In this document: positions 48,209 to 59,372 of the stretch, one piece after another
Layout of the letters: every line of letters begins with the position of its first letter
Position numbering within the stretch: position 1 is the stretch's first letter
Assembly (NCBI GenBank): GCA_040954595.2
Contig: CM082589.2
Span: 8,816,894-8,880,893 of the forward strand
Direction of reading: 5' to 3'
Length of the DNA: 64,000 nucleotides
DNA from: Balanoglossus misakiensis
Lineage: Eukaryota > Animalia > Hemichordata
Translations under genes and position numbers: made by a program
The notes under the pieces: model-generated
Databases searched by the model: none
What the model was told of the DNA's origin: nothing
What the model saw: the letters and a program-made list of their open reading frames with translations, nothing else

Positions 48209-50378
48209 TCACAAGGTCTGACCAATATTTCTCATCGAAGTAAACACGAAATTAAGATGCCCTGCAAAAGTATATATGAAAAGATCACACCACTGTGTGC
48301 CGGTTATTGCCATCTGACCTTGAACTTGTGCGAAATAATGGTGATTCTTTTTCAATTTAACACTTCCACTATCATCTAATTGTATGTACTCTAAATTATA
48401 CACCGACGGAACTTCATGGCGAACTCGGAAGGGACATTTACATTCCATTAATCCCACTCCACAACATTTACAGCTTACAACAAGATCGGGAGAAGCACCA
48501 AGATAAGGCTTCTGCTTATCAATGAACAGACCACACTCCCTTTGACAAAACCCTTCATGTTTGCTCATCAGGTCGATGTACAATTTCTTCGCTTCTGGTT
48601 CAAGTGTTCGACCGTGCTTAACGGATTCAACAGTGTCAATAGAACTATCATGTCCAAATATTGTTTTTAAAAGAGAATCAACATTATGTACATTATTTGC
48701 ATGACTTTTAATTGTATTCACCTTTGTATATATTGAGTAAAACTTTGATGCAGTCAGTCTTCCGGTACGTTGCTTGCGCCATAAACTGTTACAATGCTGA
48801 CCTACAGTTTTGCTTTCCAACATATGAATATCATAATCACTATAATTTATATTCTTAAGTTTTGAAAGAAATTCATCAGTAGTATTGGATAAATTTGCAA
48901 TCTTTAAAATTTCATTTTCTTCCATTTCTTTTGGGTCATCCAACAAAATTGACTCTGTTTCCTCGGAGAATCCGTCGATTATTACACAGTCCGATACTTC
49001 TTCCGATGCTTGGAAAGTTTTCTCACGCATGGCTTGGTAACAACCATCGGGAACTGACGTCTGCAAGATGCCAAGCAGGTTTGAACGTCTGGCATCGTCG
49101 TTTTCCTCCGGAAAATGTCCGTCAGGCCGAAACTGTTTTCTACTTCTATCGACGAGGGGTCTTGAAGCGACTGCAAAACAAAACAAAACACTTGATATAA
49201 TTAATATCTTTGGGAAAAGTTTACTTCTCGTATGGTGTTGACGACAGCCTTGTTAATATTCCCGATGACTTGACGCTACACGAAGGAAAATATTATAATC
49301 TCAAAACTATTTCTCCGATCTACACACAGATATTCACCAATAACGATAGGAATGTGAATCAATGTACCTTTCTGGAATTTAGAGACTTTAAAATCCATGT
49401 CCTTCACACGCAACGGCTCTATCTGTGTTTTCTTGGCTGGGACATTCCACTGACACAATTTGGAAGTACAGGCTGCATTGGTCTGTCCTGTTCGAACTGC
49501 CGCTTCAATTCGAAAAAACATCGCTGTTATGTGGATGCATGAACATCCAAGTCTGCGAAATAGAATAACAAAAAAGTTGTTGGTAAATTACTAGCACAAT
49601 AGTAACAAAACAGTCTTAGAATGGATGAAAGGCGTTCAATCTGAACGACATGTTTCTATGGCATTATAAAGTCACTGTGTTACAGAAGAAATTTAAGTAT
49701 ACTTTGTTGCTGCTCAGAGACAATTATTGTCGTAATCAATACAATGAATGAGTGTATAAGGGGGTGTGAGTGAGTGAATGGTATTTACCCAGCAGTACAG
49801 GAGCAATATGCACTTTTTATGTCACCAGTTTTCTTCACCGCACATATCCAAACTGTGTGAGGAACATCACCTAATTTCATTGTGTGACAGCACTTTGCTT
49901 TCAAAAAGCAATATTCTGACTGTTGGGATATCGTGTGGTAGAAGATTTCTTTCATCCAGCCACCCGTATACAACCTGTACGCTTTTCCTTCTTTGTATTC
50001 ATTTAGGAGACGTTTCTGTAGCGCCACGTCGTTGCCCGGGTGATTTGTCATAATGTACATGGTAATATCACTAAGGAAAATTGACGGCCACATTTCCATA
50101 CCACGAGCTTCACCAACCCATCCGTCTCCTAGTGACATAGGGTCTGGTAAACTGTTCCCTTCTGTGGTAGTCAAAAGGGACATCATAAACTTGTGCCTCT
50201 CAAAAGACATTTCCGCAGCCGTCGGTGACTCAGGCACATTTTGTTCGATGGCTGCAAAAACTCGGGCGACTAGCTCATCCTTTCGGCCTGACGTCTTCAG
50301 ATTTCGTTTGCGGAGGTAGTCTTTGAGTGCTGATACTCTCCACATACCGATGGTCTGATAACTAATTATCTCGCTCAT
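48209..50378 (-). CDS. Spliced SAP + SWIM + YqaJ (lambda-exonuclease-like) protein; coding exons 50378-49789, 49552-49368, 49170-48209; 3' end apparently damaged
   Basis: LKDYLRKRNLKTSGRKDELVARV (SAP). GT-AG splicing joins YCSCTAG|LGCSCIH (SWIM, phase 2) and FQK|VASRP (phase 1). YqaJ motifs WRKQRTGRLTAS, HGRTLE, GASPD, ECKCP, QVQGQM. Confidence 0.88.
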
Positions 50379-50626
50379 TGTTGTAATCTACAACATATTT
50401 GTAAAAAGAAATGAATTAATAAAGATATATTTGCTTGGCATATCCAGCTCGCCGGACAATCTAGTCCTGAATATGCCTATTTCCAACTAGGCCTATATTC
50501 AATTGAGATTAAACGAAAAATTCACAAAGCTTACAGTAAAATGGTCCATTGGCCTAAGCTTATATTATATTTAAAACGAAATAAGTTTGGGACAAAATAC
50601 AGTGAAATCCCAGTTGGTCTAGTTAT

Positions 50627-51187
50627 TCGAGGTAGAAGACGACCGAGACCTTCAGCTGCATCCCCGGCAGCGGTCTTTGTTTTACCGCCGAAACGAGCTG
50701 CCGATGCGATGCCCGTAACTTGTTACCGATCACAGAAATATTCGAGAATATCGCCAATGTACCACATCACAGTTTTTTCTCTATTTATGAAACGGCTAAC
50801 ATCTTAAAGTAATTATTTTGCGATGATTCGGCTTCAGTAGAAGTGAACGTAACTTGAACTAGCATAACTTTACCCGGGCCGGCGCCCGGCGACGCGTCGG
50901 ACGTCGAAGAAGCCCGTAATAATAGTCAGTAATTTTTCAGTTTTTAAGAGAATAATTTTGCAAAATAGCTGTAGAGGACACTAGTAAATGTCACCATGTG
51001 TAAAATATAGGGAGGGAGTCTGAAGAAATAATCAATACGCACCTGTTTCGGACGATAACTTCCGTGTTATTGTTGTGGTCGGTGTCTATTGTTTACCCTG
51101 GTTACGCAAGAGAGCGCCCGTTGATGCCCACTTGACCTTTGCCCCAACCCCACAATGCATCGCGCGCCTGAGATTCGTGATTCGTGT
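50627..51187 (-). repeat. Right terminal inverted repeat (561 bp)
   Basis: Inverted copy of 44995-45545 with an extra GGAGTCTGAAG near 51015. Confidence 0.95.
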
Positions 51188-54100
51188 ATTGAATTTTCCA
51201 CTTTTTGTAAGTGAAGCCTGACTGTCGCCTGTCTTAGGTCACCATTTCATAAGCGGTCTTACCCGTCATTGGCACAAACAGTCTCAGGAAGTAAGCTTTC
51301 AGCCTACCAATGTAGCTATTATATTTTCCACTTTTTGTAAGTGAAGCCTGACTGTCGCCTGTCTTAGGTCACCACTTCATAAGTGGTCTTACCCGTTATT
51401 GGCACAAACAGTCTCAGGAAGTAAGCTTTCAGCCTACCAATGTAGCTATTGTATTTTCCACTTTTTGTAAGTGAAGCCTGACTGTCGCCTATCTTAGGTC
51501 ACCACTTCATAAGCGGTCTTACCTGTCATTGGCACAAACAGTCTCAGGAAGTAAGCTTTCAGCCTACCAATGTAGCTATTGTATTTTCCACTTTTTGTAA
51601 GTGAAGCCTGACTGTCGTCTGTCTTAGGTCACCACTTCATAAGCGGTCTTACGCGTCATTGGCACAAACAGTCTCAGGAAGTAAGCTTTCAGCCTACCAA
51701 TGTAGCTATTGTATTTTCCACTTTTTGTAAGTGAAGCCTGACTGTCGTCTGTCTTAGGTCACCACTTCATAAGCGGTCTTACCCGTCATTGGCACAAACA
51801 GTCTCAGGACGTAAGCTTTCAGCCTACCAATGTAGCTATTGTATTTTCCACTTTTTATAAGTGAAGCCTGACTGTCGCCTGTCTTAGGTCACCACTTCAT
51901 AAGCGGTCTTACCCGTCATTGGCACAAACAGTCACAGGAAGTAAGCTTTCAGCCTACCAATGTAGCTATTGTATTTTCCACTTTTTGTAAGTGAAGCCTG
52001 ACTGTCGCCTGTCTTAGGTCACCACTTCATAAGCGGTCTTACCCGTCATTGGCACAAACAGTCTCAGGAAGTAAGCTTTCAGCCTACCAATGTAGCTATT
52101 TTATTTTCCACTTTTTGTAAGTGAAGCCTGACTGTCGCCTGTCTTAGGTCACCACTTCATAAGCGGTCTTACCCGTCATTGGCACAAACAGTCTCAGGAA
52201 GTAAGCTTTCAGCCTACCGATGTAGCTATTGTATTTGCCACTTTTTGTAAGTGAAGCCTGACTGTCGCCTGTCTTAGGTCACCGCTTCATTAGCGGTCTT
52301 ACCCGTCATTGGCATAAACAGTCTCAGGAAGTAAGCTTTCAGCCTACCAATGTAGCTATTATATTTTCCACTTTTTGTAAGTGAAGCCTGACTGTCGCCT
52401 GTCTTTGGTCACCACTTCATAAGCGGTCTTACCTGTCATTGGCACAAACAGTCTTAGGAAGTAAGCTTTCAGCCTACCAATGTAGCTATTGTATTTTCCA
52501 CTTTTTGTAAGTGAAGCCTGACTGTCGCCTGTCTTAGGTCACCACTTCATAAGCGGTCTTACCCGTCATTGGCACAAACAGTCTCAGGAAGTAAGCTTTC
52601 AGCCTACCAATGTAGCTATTGTATTTTCCACTTTTTGTAAGTGAAGCCTGACTGTCGCCTGTCTTAGGTCACCACTTCATAAGCGGTCTTACCCGTCATT
52701 GGCACAAACAGTCTCAGGAAGTAAGCTTTCAGCCTACCAATGTAGCTATTATATTTTCCAGTTTTTGTAAGTGAAGCCTGACTGTCGCCTGTCTAAGGTC
52801 ACCACTTCATAAGTGGTCTTACCCGTTATTGGCACAAACAGTCTCAGGAAGTAAGCTTTCAGCCTACCAATGTAGCTATTGTATTTTCCACTTTTTGTAA
52901 GTGAAGCCTGACTGTCGCCTGTCTTAGGTCACCACTTCATAAGCGGTCTTACCCGTCATTGGCACAAACAGTCTCAGGAAGTAAGCTTTCAGCCTACCAA
53001 TGTAGCTATTATATTTTCCAGTTTTTGTAAGTGAAGCCTGACTGTCGCCTGTCTAAGGTCACCACTTCATAAGTGGTCTTACCCGTTATTGGCACAAACA
53101 GTCTCAGGAAGTAAGCTTTCAGCCTACCAATGTAGCTATTGTATTTTCCAGTTTTTGTAAGTGAAGCCTGACTGTCGCCTGTCTAAGGTCACCACTTCAT
53201 AAGTGGTCTTACCCGTTATTGGCACAAACAGTCTCAGGAAGTAAGCTTTCAGCCTACCAATGTAGCTATTGTATTTTCCACTTTTTGTAAGTGAAGCCTG
53301 ACTGTCGCCTGTCTTAGGTCACCACTTCATAAGCGGTCTTACCTGTCATTGGCACAAACAGTCTCAGGAAGTAAGCTTTCAGCCTACCAATGTAGCTATT
53401 GTATTTTCCACTTTTTGTAAGTGAAGCCTGACTGTCGCCTGTCTTAGGTCACCACTTCATAAGCGGTCTTACCCGTCATTGGCACAAACAGTCTCAGGAA
53501 GTAAGCTTTCAGCCTACCAATGTAGCTATTGAATTTTCCACTTTTTGTAAGTGAAGCCTGACTGTCGCCTGTCTTAGGTCACCACTTCATAAGCGGTCTT
53601 ACCCGTCATTGGCACAAACAGTCTCAGGAAGTAAGCTTTCAGCCAACCAATGTAGCTATTATATTTTCCACTTTTTGTAAGTGAAGCCTGACTGTCGCCT
53701 GTCTTAGGTCACCACTTCATAAGTGGTCTTACCCGTTATTGGCACAAACAGTCTTAGGAAGTAAGCTTTCAGCCTACCAATGTAGCTATTGTATTTTCCA
53801 CTTTTTGTAAGTGAAGCCTGACTGTCGCCTGTCTTAGGTCACCACTTCATAAGCGGTCTTACCCGTCATTGGCACAAACAGTCTCAGGAAGTAAGCTTTC
53901 AGCCTACCAATGTAGCTATTGAATTTTCCACTTTATGTAAGTGAAGCCTGACTGTCGCCTGTCTTAGGTCACCACTTCATAAGCGGTCTTACCCGTCATT
54001 GGCACAAACAGTCTCAGGAAGTAAGCTTTCAGCCTACCAATGTAGCTATTATATTTTCCACTTTTTGTAAGTGAAGCCTGACTGTCGCCTGTCTTAGGTC

Positions 54101-54191
54101 ACCACTTCATAAGCAGTCTTACCCGTCATTGGCACAAACAGTCTCAGGAAGTAAGCTTTCAGCCTACCAATGTAGCTATTGTATTTTCCAC
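51188..54191. repeat. 130-bp satellite array, block 3 (~23 monomers)
   Basis: Same monomer and orientation. Confidence 0.99.
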
Positions 54192-54293
54192 TTTTTTTTT
54201 TTTTTATCTTTTATTTAAACCTTCACCTCAATTACATGTTTATATAAATATAGAAAAGACAGTATTGTTGCACGGGCCTGAAGAGGTTAAAAA

Positions 54294-57200
54294 TTACAGT
54301 AAACTCGTAATTTTCTGAAAAGTTTCTAGCACAACAGCTTTCGCATCCAGTTGTTTTTCAATCTTATACCTTAACATAAACTCATTTTTGATTAAAACTT
54401 CAATCGGTGTGTTTTCATTAGTCACCCAGTACTTATGGATGCTCCATTTCCCAAGAAGAATTAAAAGCTGAAAAACATAACGTTTTTCTTTGGGTTTGAC
54501 ATTCTCGCCAACTTTTGTAAAAATAATGTCTGATGGTGTTATTTCTCTACACTCAAAACATTTAGAGATGACGTATTTCAGCTTTTTCCAGCATCTCACA
54601 GCTATTTGACAATAAATAAACCTGTGTTCCAGAGAGTCAATCTGGTGACAAAGAGGACAGAACATTGACTCATTTAACTTCCACAAGTATAAATACTTGT
54701 TACATGGTAATAAGCGTTGTAGAAGTTTCCACTGAAACTCTCTTAACTTGGCCTCTTTAGTCAACTTGTACACACTCAGCCAGATTTTGTAACAGTCGCT
54801 CTCTGGCTCTACAGGGGTGATATTTAACTTAGAAAACCATTTTGAGAGTTTATCGCTAGCCTGTACTGAGTGCCTCTGAATGAGATGAGTATACAACACC
54901 TTACAAGTTAATTTGTGGACCGGAGATTTAGAAACGCCAAGTGTGACATCATAGTCATCACTTTCAGAGTGAGCTGCATAAAAACACCTGAATTTGGAGG
55001 ACCAGACAAGGGTACGGTTCCCTGCACGGGAAGCATTGTGTTTCACCGCATACCAGGCATTCAGTACATTTACATAAAATTCTGGGAGTACAGATAAAAG
55101 AAAATCAGGAACCCTTTGCCAAATTGAGTGTTGATGCAATAAATTTGTGGTATTATCTAAAAGCAAATATGACCAGGGCAAGACAGCCCATGTCTCGTCT
55201 TTACACATTATTATTCTTTTAACCCAAAGAGCCATCATTGCTTCCACTTGGCATTTCACATTAATATGATTAACTCCTCCTAGCTTGTAGCCACTTTCAA
55301 GGATTTTGTTCGAAATTCTCCTTTTACGTTTTACAAAACTGTCAACGAGACGTTGTACTTTACAGAGAATATCATTGGGAATACCAATTACTGATGATAA
55401 ATACAAAATTTTTGAAACAGCAAGAGACTTGGTAATGAGAACACGGCCATAAATCGTGAGTTGCCGTCTTCCCCACATTTCCAAAACTTTACCTAATGAT
55501 TTTAACTTATCATCCCAGTTTAACTGCTTACACAGAGCATCATCATACCCAAAATATACTCCAAGAGTTTTTACAGGATTGTCAGTCCAACTTATATCAC
55601 CCACTTTATCGTTACATTTTCTTAAATTACCAAGTTTAAAAGCCTGCGTTTTCTTTTTATTTAACCTTAGCCCACTGCATCCTTGAAACTTCTCCATTAC
55701 TTTGAGAACAGATACAACAGAAGACAAATCTGCAACGAATACTGTTGTATCATCTGCAAGTAAAGATATCTTTGCTTCTTTGGCATGACCATTACCAGCA
55801 GGCAGACGAAACCCTTTGATAGTTTTATCATGTCTGATCTTACAAGCTAAAAACTCAATTGCTATTACAAATAAAAGTGCAGAGAGGGGACATCCCTGAC
55901 GGACACCTCTTTCTAACCTGAAGTAACTTGAAGACCAACCCTTGTATAAAATACAGCTCTGAATGTTCGTGTAGAAAGTTTTTACCCATTGACGAAAGGA
56001 ATGACCAAAATTCATACGTCGTAAAGTTTCATCTAGATAGTCCCAGTTAACGCTATCGAAGGCTTTTTCATAATCAAGGAACATGGCAACTCCCCCAACA
56101 TTGTGCTTCTTTGAGTAATGAAAGATGTCAGAGATAAGTCTAACATTTTCACCTATGAAACGCCCCTTCATATACCCGGTTTGATCTCTATGGATCAATG
56201 ACGGAAGAACGATCTGTAACCGATTAGCTAAGGCTTTAGTAGCAATTTTATAATCTGTATTTAGAAGAGACACTGGACGCCAGTTGTTTAAATCGTCCTC
56301 GGAGCCTTTCTTAAACAGGAGTGTAAGTAAACTTCGTCTCTGAGATAAAGATAGCGAACCACACCTGTAACTACTATTTAAAGATGACAATACATAATCG
56401 CAAATATCATTCCAGAAAAAACGATAAAATTCACCAGTTAACCCGTCGCATCCAGGAGATTTGTTGGGAGCAATCATACACAGTGCTTTAAAGCATTCTC
56501 TTTCTGTGAGCTCACCCTCACAAATGTCTGATTGATTCTGGGATAGCTGTGAAACAGCTGCATCTCCTAGAAAATCGTCAAGGCAACTATCTCTCGGCTT
56601 ATCTTTATACAGATTTTGATAAAAGTTCTTCTGTTCCTCAAGAATGTGCTCCGTATCAGTTACATAGGTACCCTGCGCTGTACGGAGAACATTCATCTCC
56701 TTTTTGGAGGCATTTGTCTTCTCTAAACCCAAAAAGAACTTTGTACTTTTTTCACCCTTTTCGACCCAGCGTGCCTTGGAGCGTATCTGCGCACCTTCGG
56801 CACGGAGGGTGAAAAGATCTTCCAAACGCTGTTTAATTAAACCATAAGCCTCAATGTTGGAATCAGACGGCTCATGGAGCATGTTTTGTTCAGCAGTACG
56901 CAAATGCTTCTCCAACTCCGGAATGAGGGTGTTAGAATTCTTCGTTACATTATGACAATACTCAATCGTGTACTCCTTCACATCTTTCTTTATCAAATCC
57001 CATCTAACATTGGCTTCTACATTCACATACTTAATTTTACACCGTGTCAGGAGATTACGGACACTTATAACGTAATCCTCCTTTTTAAGGAGGTGCTTGT
57101 TAAATTTCCAGGTGCCAGGACCCCTGTCAGACTTCCTATACATAATTTCTAAATAAACAGCCATGTGGTCTGTTTTCAATGCAGGTCTGATGTCAACTCT

Positions 57201-57863
57201 TTTTGTGTTTTTTAGAATGCTCTTAGATACAAAAATATAGTCAATTCTACTATAGGTCGGGCTGGGATGCAAGCGTCTCCATGTAAACTGTTGCAGTGAC
57301 GGGTTGCGTTCTCTCCAAATGTCAACCAGGGAGAACTGCTGCAGCATTTTACGTAAGGTCGGGACGGATTTATCCACAGATACCGCCCGAGATTTCTTAT
57401 CCAGCCTCTTATTAAGTGAACAATTAAAGTCGCCGGCTATTATAAGGCGTTCATACTTACAATTAACCTGAATGATGTTCATAAAGTTGACAAAAAAGCG
57501 ATTTCTCTGTACAGCATCATTCGGTGCATAGACACCACTGACTGAAAAACCCATGTTCTCGTACATACCGTTAACAATAACAATTCTACCAGAGTCATCT
57601 TTGTACACACTGTCAATATGAAAATTACAATGTTTAGCAATAAAGATTGCGACGCCTCTACTATTTTTGGCTCCTTCCGACATAATTATCCGACCTCCCC
57701 ATTCTTTTTCCCATTGAACAATATTTATATTTTCACCGTAAACTTCCTGTAAAATGGCAAAAGACGCCTTCTGGTGTTTAAGCCATTGCAAGATATCTCT
57801 ACGTTTAGAGTAATTACCTAGACCTCTTACATTTAAAGTTACAATATGTAATTTGTTACTCAT
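54294..57863 (-). CDS. ORF2: APE endonuclease + reverse transcriptase + C-terminal zinc-binding domain
   Basis: LNVRGL, LQE, GDFN, SRIDY, TDH (APE); KSPGCDG, WRPVSLLNTDYK, KAFDSV, GVRQGCPLS, LADD (RT); CPLC...H...C at the C-terminus; 1189 aa uninterrupted. Confidence 0.97.
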   Translation of the reverse strand: MSNKLHIVTLNVRGLGNYSKRRDILQWLKHQKASFAILQEVYGENINIVQWEKEWGGRIIMSEGAKNSRGVAIFIAKHCNFHIDSVYKDDSGRIVIVNGMYENMGFSVSGVYAPNDAVQRNRFFVNFMNIIQVNCKYERLIIAGDFNCSLNKRLDKKSRAVSVDKSVPTLRKMLQQFSLVDIWRERNPSLQQFTWRRLHPSPTYSRIDYIFVSKSILKNTKRVDIRPALKTDHMAVYLEIMYRKSDRGPGTWKFNKHLLKKEDYVISVRNLLTRCKIKYVNVEANVRWDLIKKDVKEYTIEYCHNVTKNSNTLIPELEKHLRTAEQNMLHEPSDSNIEAYGLIKQRLEDLFTLRAEGAQIRSKARWVEKGEKSTKFFLGLEKTNASKKEMNVLRTAQGTYVTDTEHILEEQKNFYQNLYKDKPRDSCLDDFLGDAAVSQLSQNQSDICEGELTERECFKALCMIAPNKSPGCDGLTGEFYRFFWNDICDYVLSSLNSSYRCGSLSLSQRRSLLTLLFKKGSEDDLNNWRPVSLLNTDYKIATKALANRLQIVLPSLIHRDQTGYMKGRFIGENVRLISDIFHYSKKHNVGGVAMFLDYEKAFDSVNWDYLDETLRRMNFGHSFRQWVKTFYTNIQSCILYKGWSSSYFRLERGVRQGCPLSALLFVIAIEFLACKIRHDKTIKGFRLPAGNGHAKEAKISLLADDTTVFVADLSSVVSVLKVMEKFQGCSGLRLNKKKTQAFKLGNLRKCNDKVGDISWTDNPVKTLGVYFGYDDALCKQLNWDDKLKSLGKVLEMWGRRQLTIYGRVLITKSLAVSKILYLSSVIGIPNDILCKVQRLVDSFVKRKRRISNKILESGYKLGGVNHINVKCQVEAMMALWVKRIIMCKDETWAVLPWSYLLLDNTTNLLHQHSIWQRVPDFLLSVLPEFYVNVLNAWYAVKHNASRAGNRTLVWSSKFRCFYAAHSESDDYDVTLGVSKSPVHKLTCKVLYTHLIQRHSVQASDKLSKWFSKLNITPVEPESDCYKIWLSVYKLTKEAKLREFQWKLLQRLLPCNKYLYLWKLNESMFCPLCHQIDSLEHRFIYCQIAVRCWKKLKYVISKCFECREITPSDIIFTKVGENVKPKEKRYVFQLLILLGKWSIHKYWVTNENTPIEVLIKNEFMLRYKIEKQLDAKAVVLETFQKITSLL

Positions 57864-59146
57864 TTCTTTAGTTTCCTCTTCCTCTTGCGTCTCTTTCTGT
57901 TGTCCGTGGTCGTCCCGGAAGCCGGCGTTAAAATCACGGGTGATTCCGGTGAAAGATCGGACATTTCCTCTTTTGTTGTGTCACAGTCCACGTACTGTTC
58001 AGACTCGCTCTCGCTGATATTCGCTGATGTGTCAGCGACGGCAGCGACGGAATCGTCTTGATCACAATCTTTCGGTTTCTGTATTCTTGGATCGCGCCTT
58101 TTCTCAGGAAAGTACGATGATATCGACCGCTGCGAGGCTCGTTGTCTCGATGAGGATGATGGGTCGTTGCACACTGTGTCATGACTAGTACTGCCTATGC
58201 TCGATCCACACTTCGTAGTAGCCTCCCTCGTCTGTTGGCTCTCACAATGAGCTGACGAAGCCGGTTCTGCAGCAGGTGTAGATAAAGGCGTTGGAATGCC
58301 TGCGTCACTTGTAGGTGTGGTGCTTTGTTGTGGCGTCGATGTGATAATTACTGCCTCCGTCGCAGGAGTAATCAACGCGCATACACCACTTTCCACCTCC
58401 TGTTCGGCCTGCTTTTCACACTTGGCATTAACACATTCCTTTGCAAGGTGCCCATTGCCGAAACAAAGTCTGCATTTCAAAGGATTTGTGCACTGGTAGC
58501 TAAAATGTCCAAGTTGCAAGCACTTGTTACACTTTGTTTCTTGCTCAGAGTTTCTGTTCTGCAAGCTACTGAAAAGCCTTGCAGAAAACGGTCCGACTTT
58601 AATAAATTTCGGTAGATCTTTGGATGGTTTTTCAACGAAAACCATGCGGTCCCCATTGCAAATATTGGTGAGTTTGCCGTTCACCCGCCATCTTTGCCGC
58701 AGAAGCCTAGATTTAGTTTTCAGGCCTATCGCAGACAAAGAGCTCCCGATGACGCTGTCATCTAACGACAACGGCAAATCTTTCACAATGATCTTGACAC
58801 CAACTTCTTGCAACTCACGCCTGAATGGATTCTTATCCCAAAGTTCTATTGCTTTTCCACGTAAAGACAAACCATGTTGCTTCAGTATTAGCTTATCGGC
58901 ATTGTCCCTTGGGTAAATTCTCCAGAGACCACGAATCCGCTGCAAGCCGTCAATGTTCTCAATTGGCACTACTTCAGCAATACTAGCAAGGATCTCCTCA
59001 CCTTTTAACCATTGTTTGGTCTCTGGTCTAACAACATCTGATTGTTTTAGAAATAGAACGGACTTGTGGTCCTCAGCAGTTTCTGAGTCTGCATACGGCA
59101 TGGTGACTTGTGCGTAGCTTCGGACTCCCGCCGCGCCGGCCGCCAT
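57860..59146 (-). CDS. ORF1: Tx1-type nucleic-acid-binding protein with two CCHC zinc knuckles
   Basis: SYAQV N-terminus; CNKCLQLGHFSYQC and CRLCFGNGHLAKEC; disordered S/T-rich tail; basic C-terminus RKRRKRKRKLKK. Confidence 0.93.
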   Translation of the reverse strand: MAAGAAGVRSYAQVTMPYADSETAEDHKSVLFLKQSDVVRPETKQWLKGEEILASIAEVVPIENIDGLQRIRGLWRIYPRDNADKLILKQHGLSLRGKAIELWDKNPFRRELQEVGVKIIVKDLPLSLDDSVIGSSLSAIGLKTKSRLLRQRWRVNGKLTNICNGDRMVFVEKPSKDLPKFIKVGPFSARLFSSLQNRNSEQETKCNKCLQLGHFSYQCTNPLKCRLCFGNGHLAKECVNAKCEKQAEQEVESGVCALITPATEAVIITSTPQQSTTPTSDAGIPTPLSTPAAEPASSAHCESQQTREATTKCGSSIGSTSHDTVCNDPSSSSRQRASQRSISSYFPEKRRDPRIQKPKDCDQDDSVAAVADTSANISESESEQYVDCDTTKEEMSDLSPESPVILTPASGTTTDNRKRRKRKRKLKK

Positions 59147-59372
59147 ACTGGGTGGGGTTCCTTTGTTGTAACGACAAAACTGAAAACTCCTTCAAACGTC
59201 CAAAAATGACCAGATAGTAACACAATAAAGGTTACTTCTGCTACATAGGTAGTTAAACTGCACTCCGAACACTTCGCAGTAAACAAGTTTAACAGTACGA
59301 TGACAAAATTTGTCAAAAAACTCACGGAGCGTTCAAACCCTGTTTCCGTGGATGACAGATGCAGAGCGCCCT

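Larger units (their letters stand above)
44995..51187. mobile_element. ISL2EU-type (PIF/Harbinger-related) DNA transposon
   Basis: Long TIRs (ACACGAATCACGAATC...GATTCGTGATTCGTGT); 2-bp AT TSD (44993-44994 and 51188-51189) restoring gctATtgaa; THAP-HTH-DDE transposase plus YqaJ-exonuclease gene, the ISL2EU gene pair. Confidence 0.9.
54192..59372 (-). mobile_element. Full-length Tx1/L1-clade non-LTR retrotransposon
   Basis: Poly(A) tail (T run 54192-54205) with AATAAA at 54210-54215 on -; ORF1 + ORF2; ~225-bp 5' UTR; TSD TTGTATTTTCCAC(TTTTT) of 13-18 bp at 54179-54191 and 59373-59385. Confidence 0.96.

Noticed and set aside
44994-51188. Alternative ends with no TSD (Spy-like) or a 3-bp TAT TSD
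   Set aside because: The AT-TSD reading gives symmetric ends and fits the ISL2EU gene content; Spy targets AAA|TTT and the TAT reading makes the ends asymmetric
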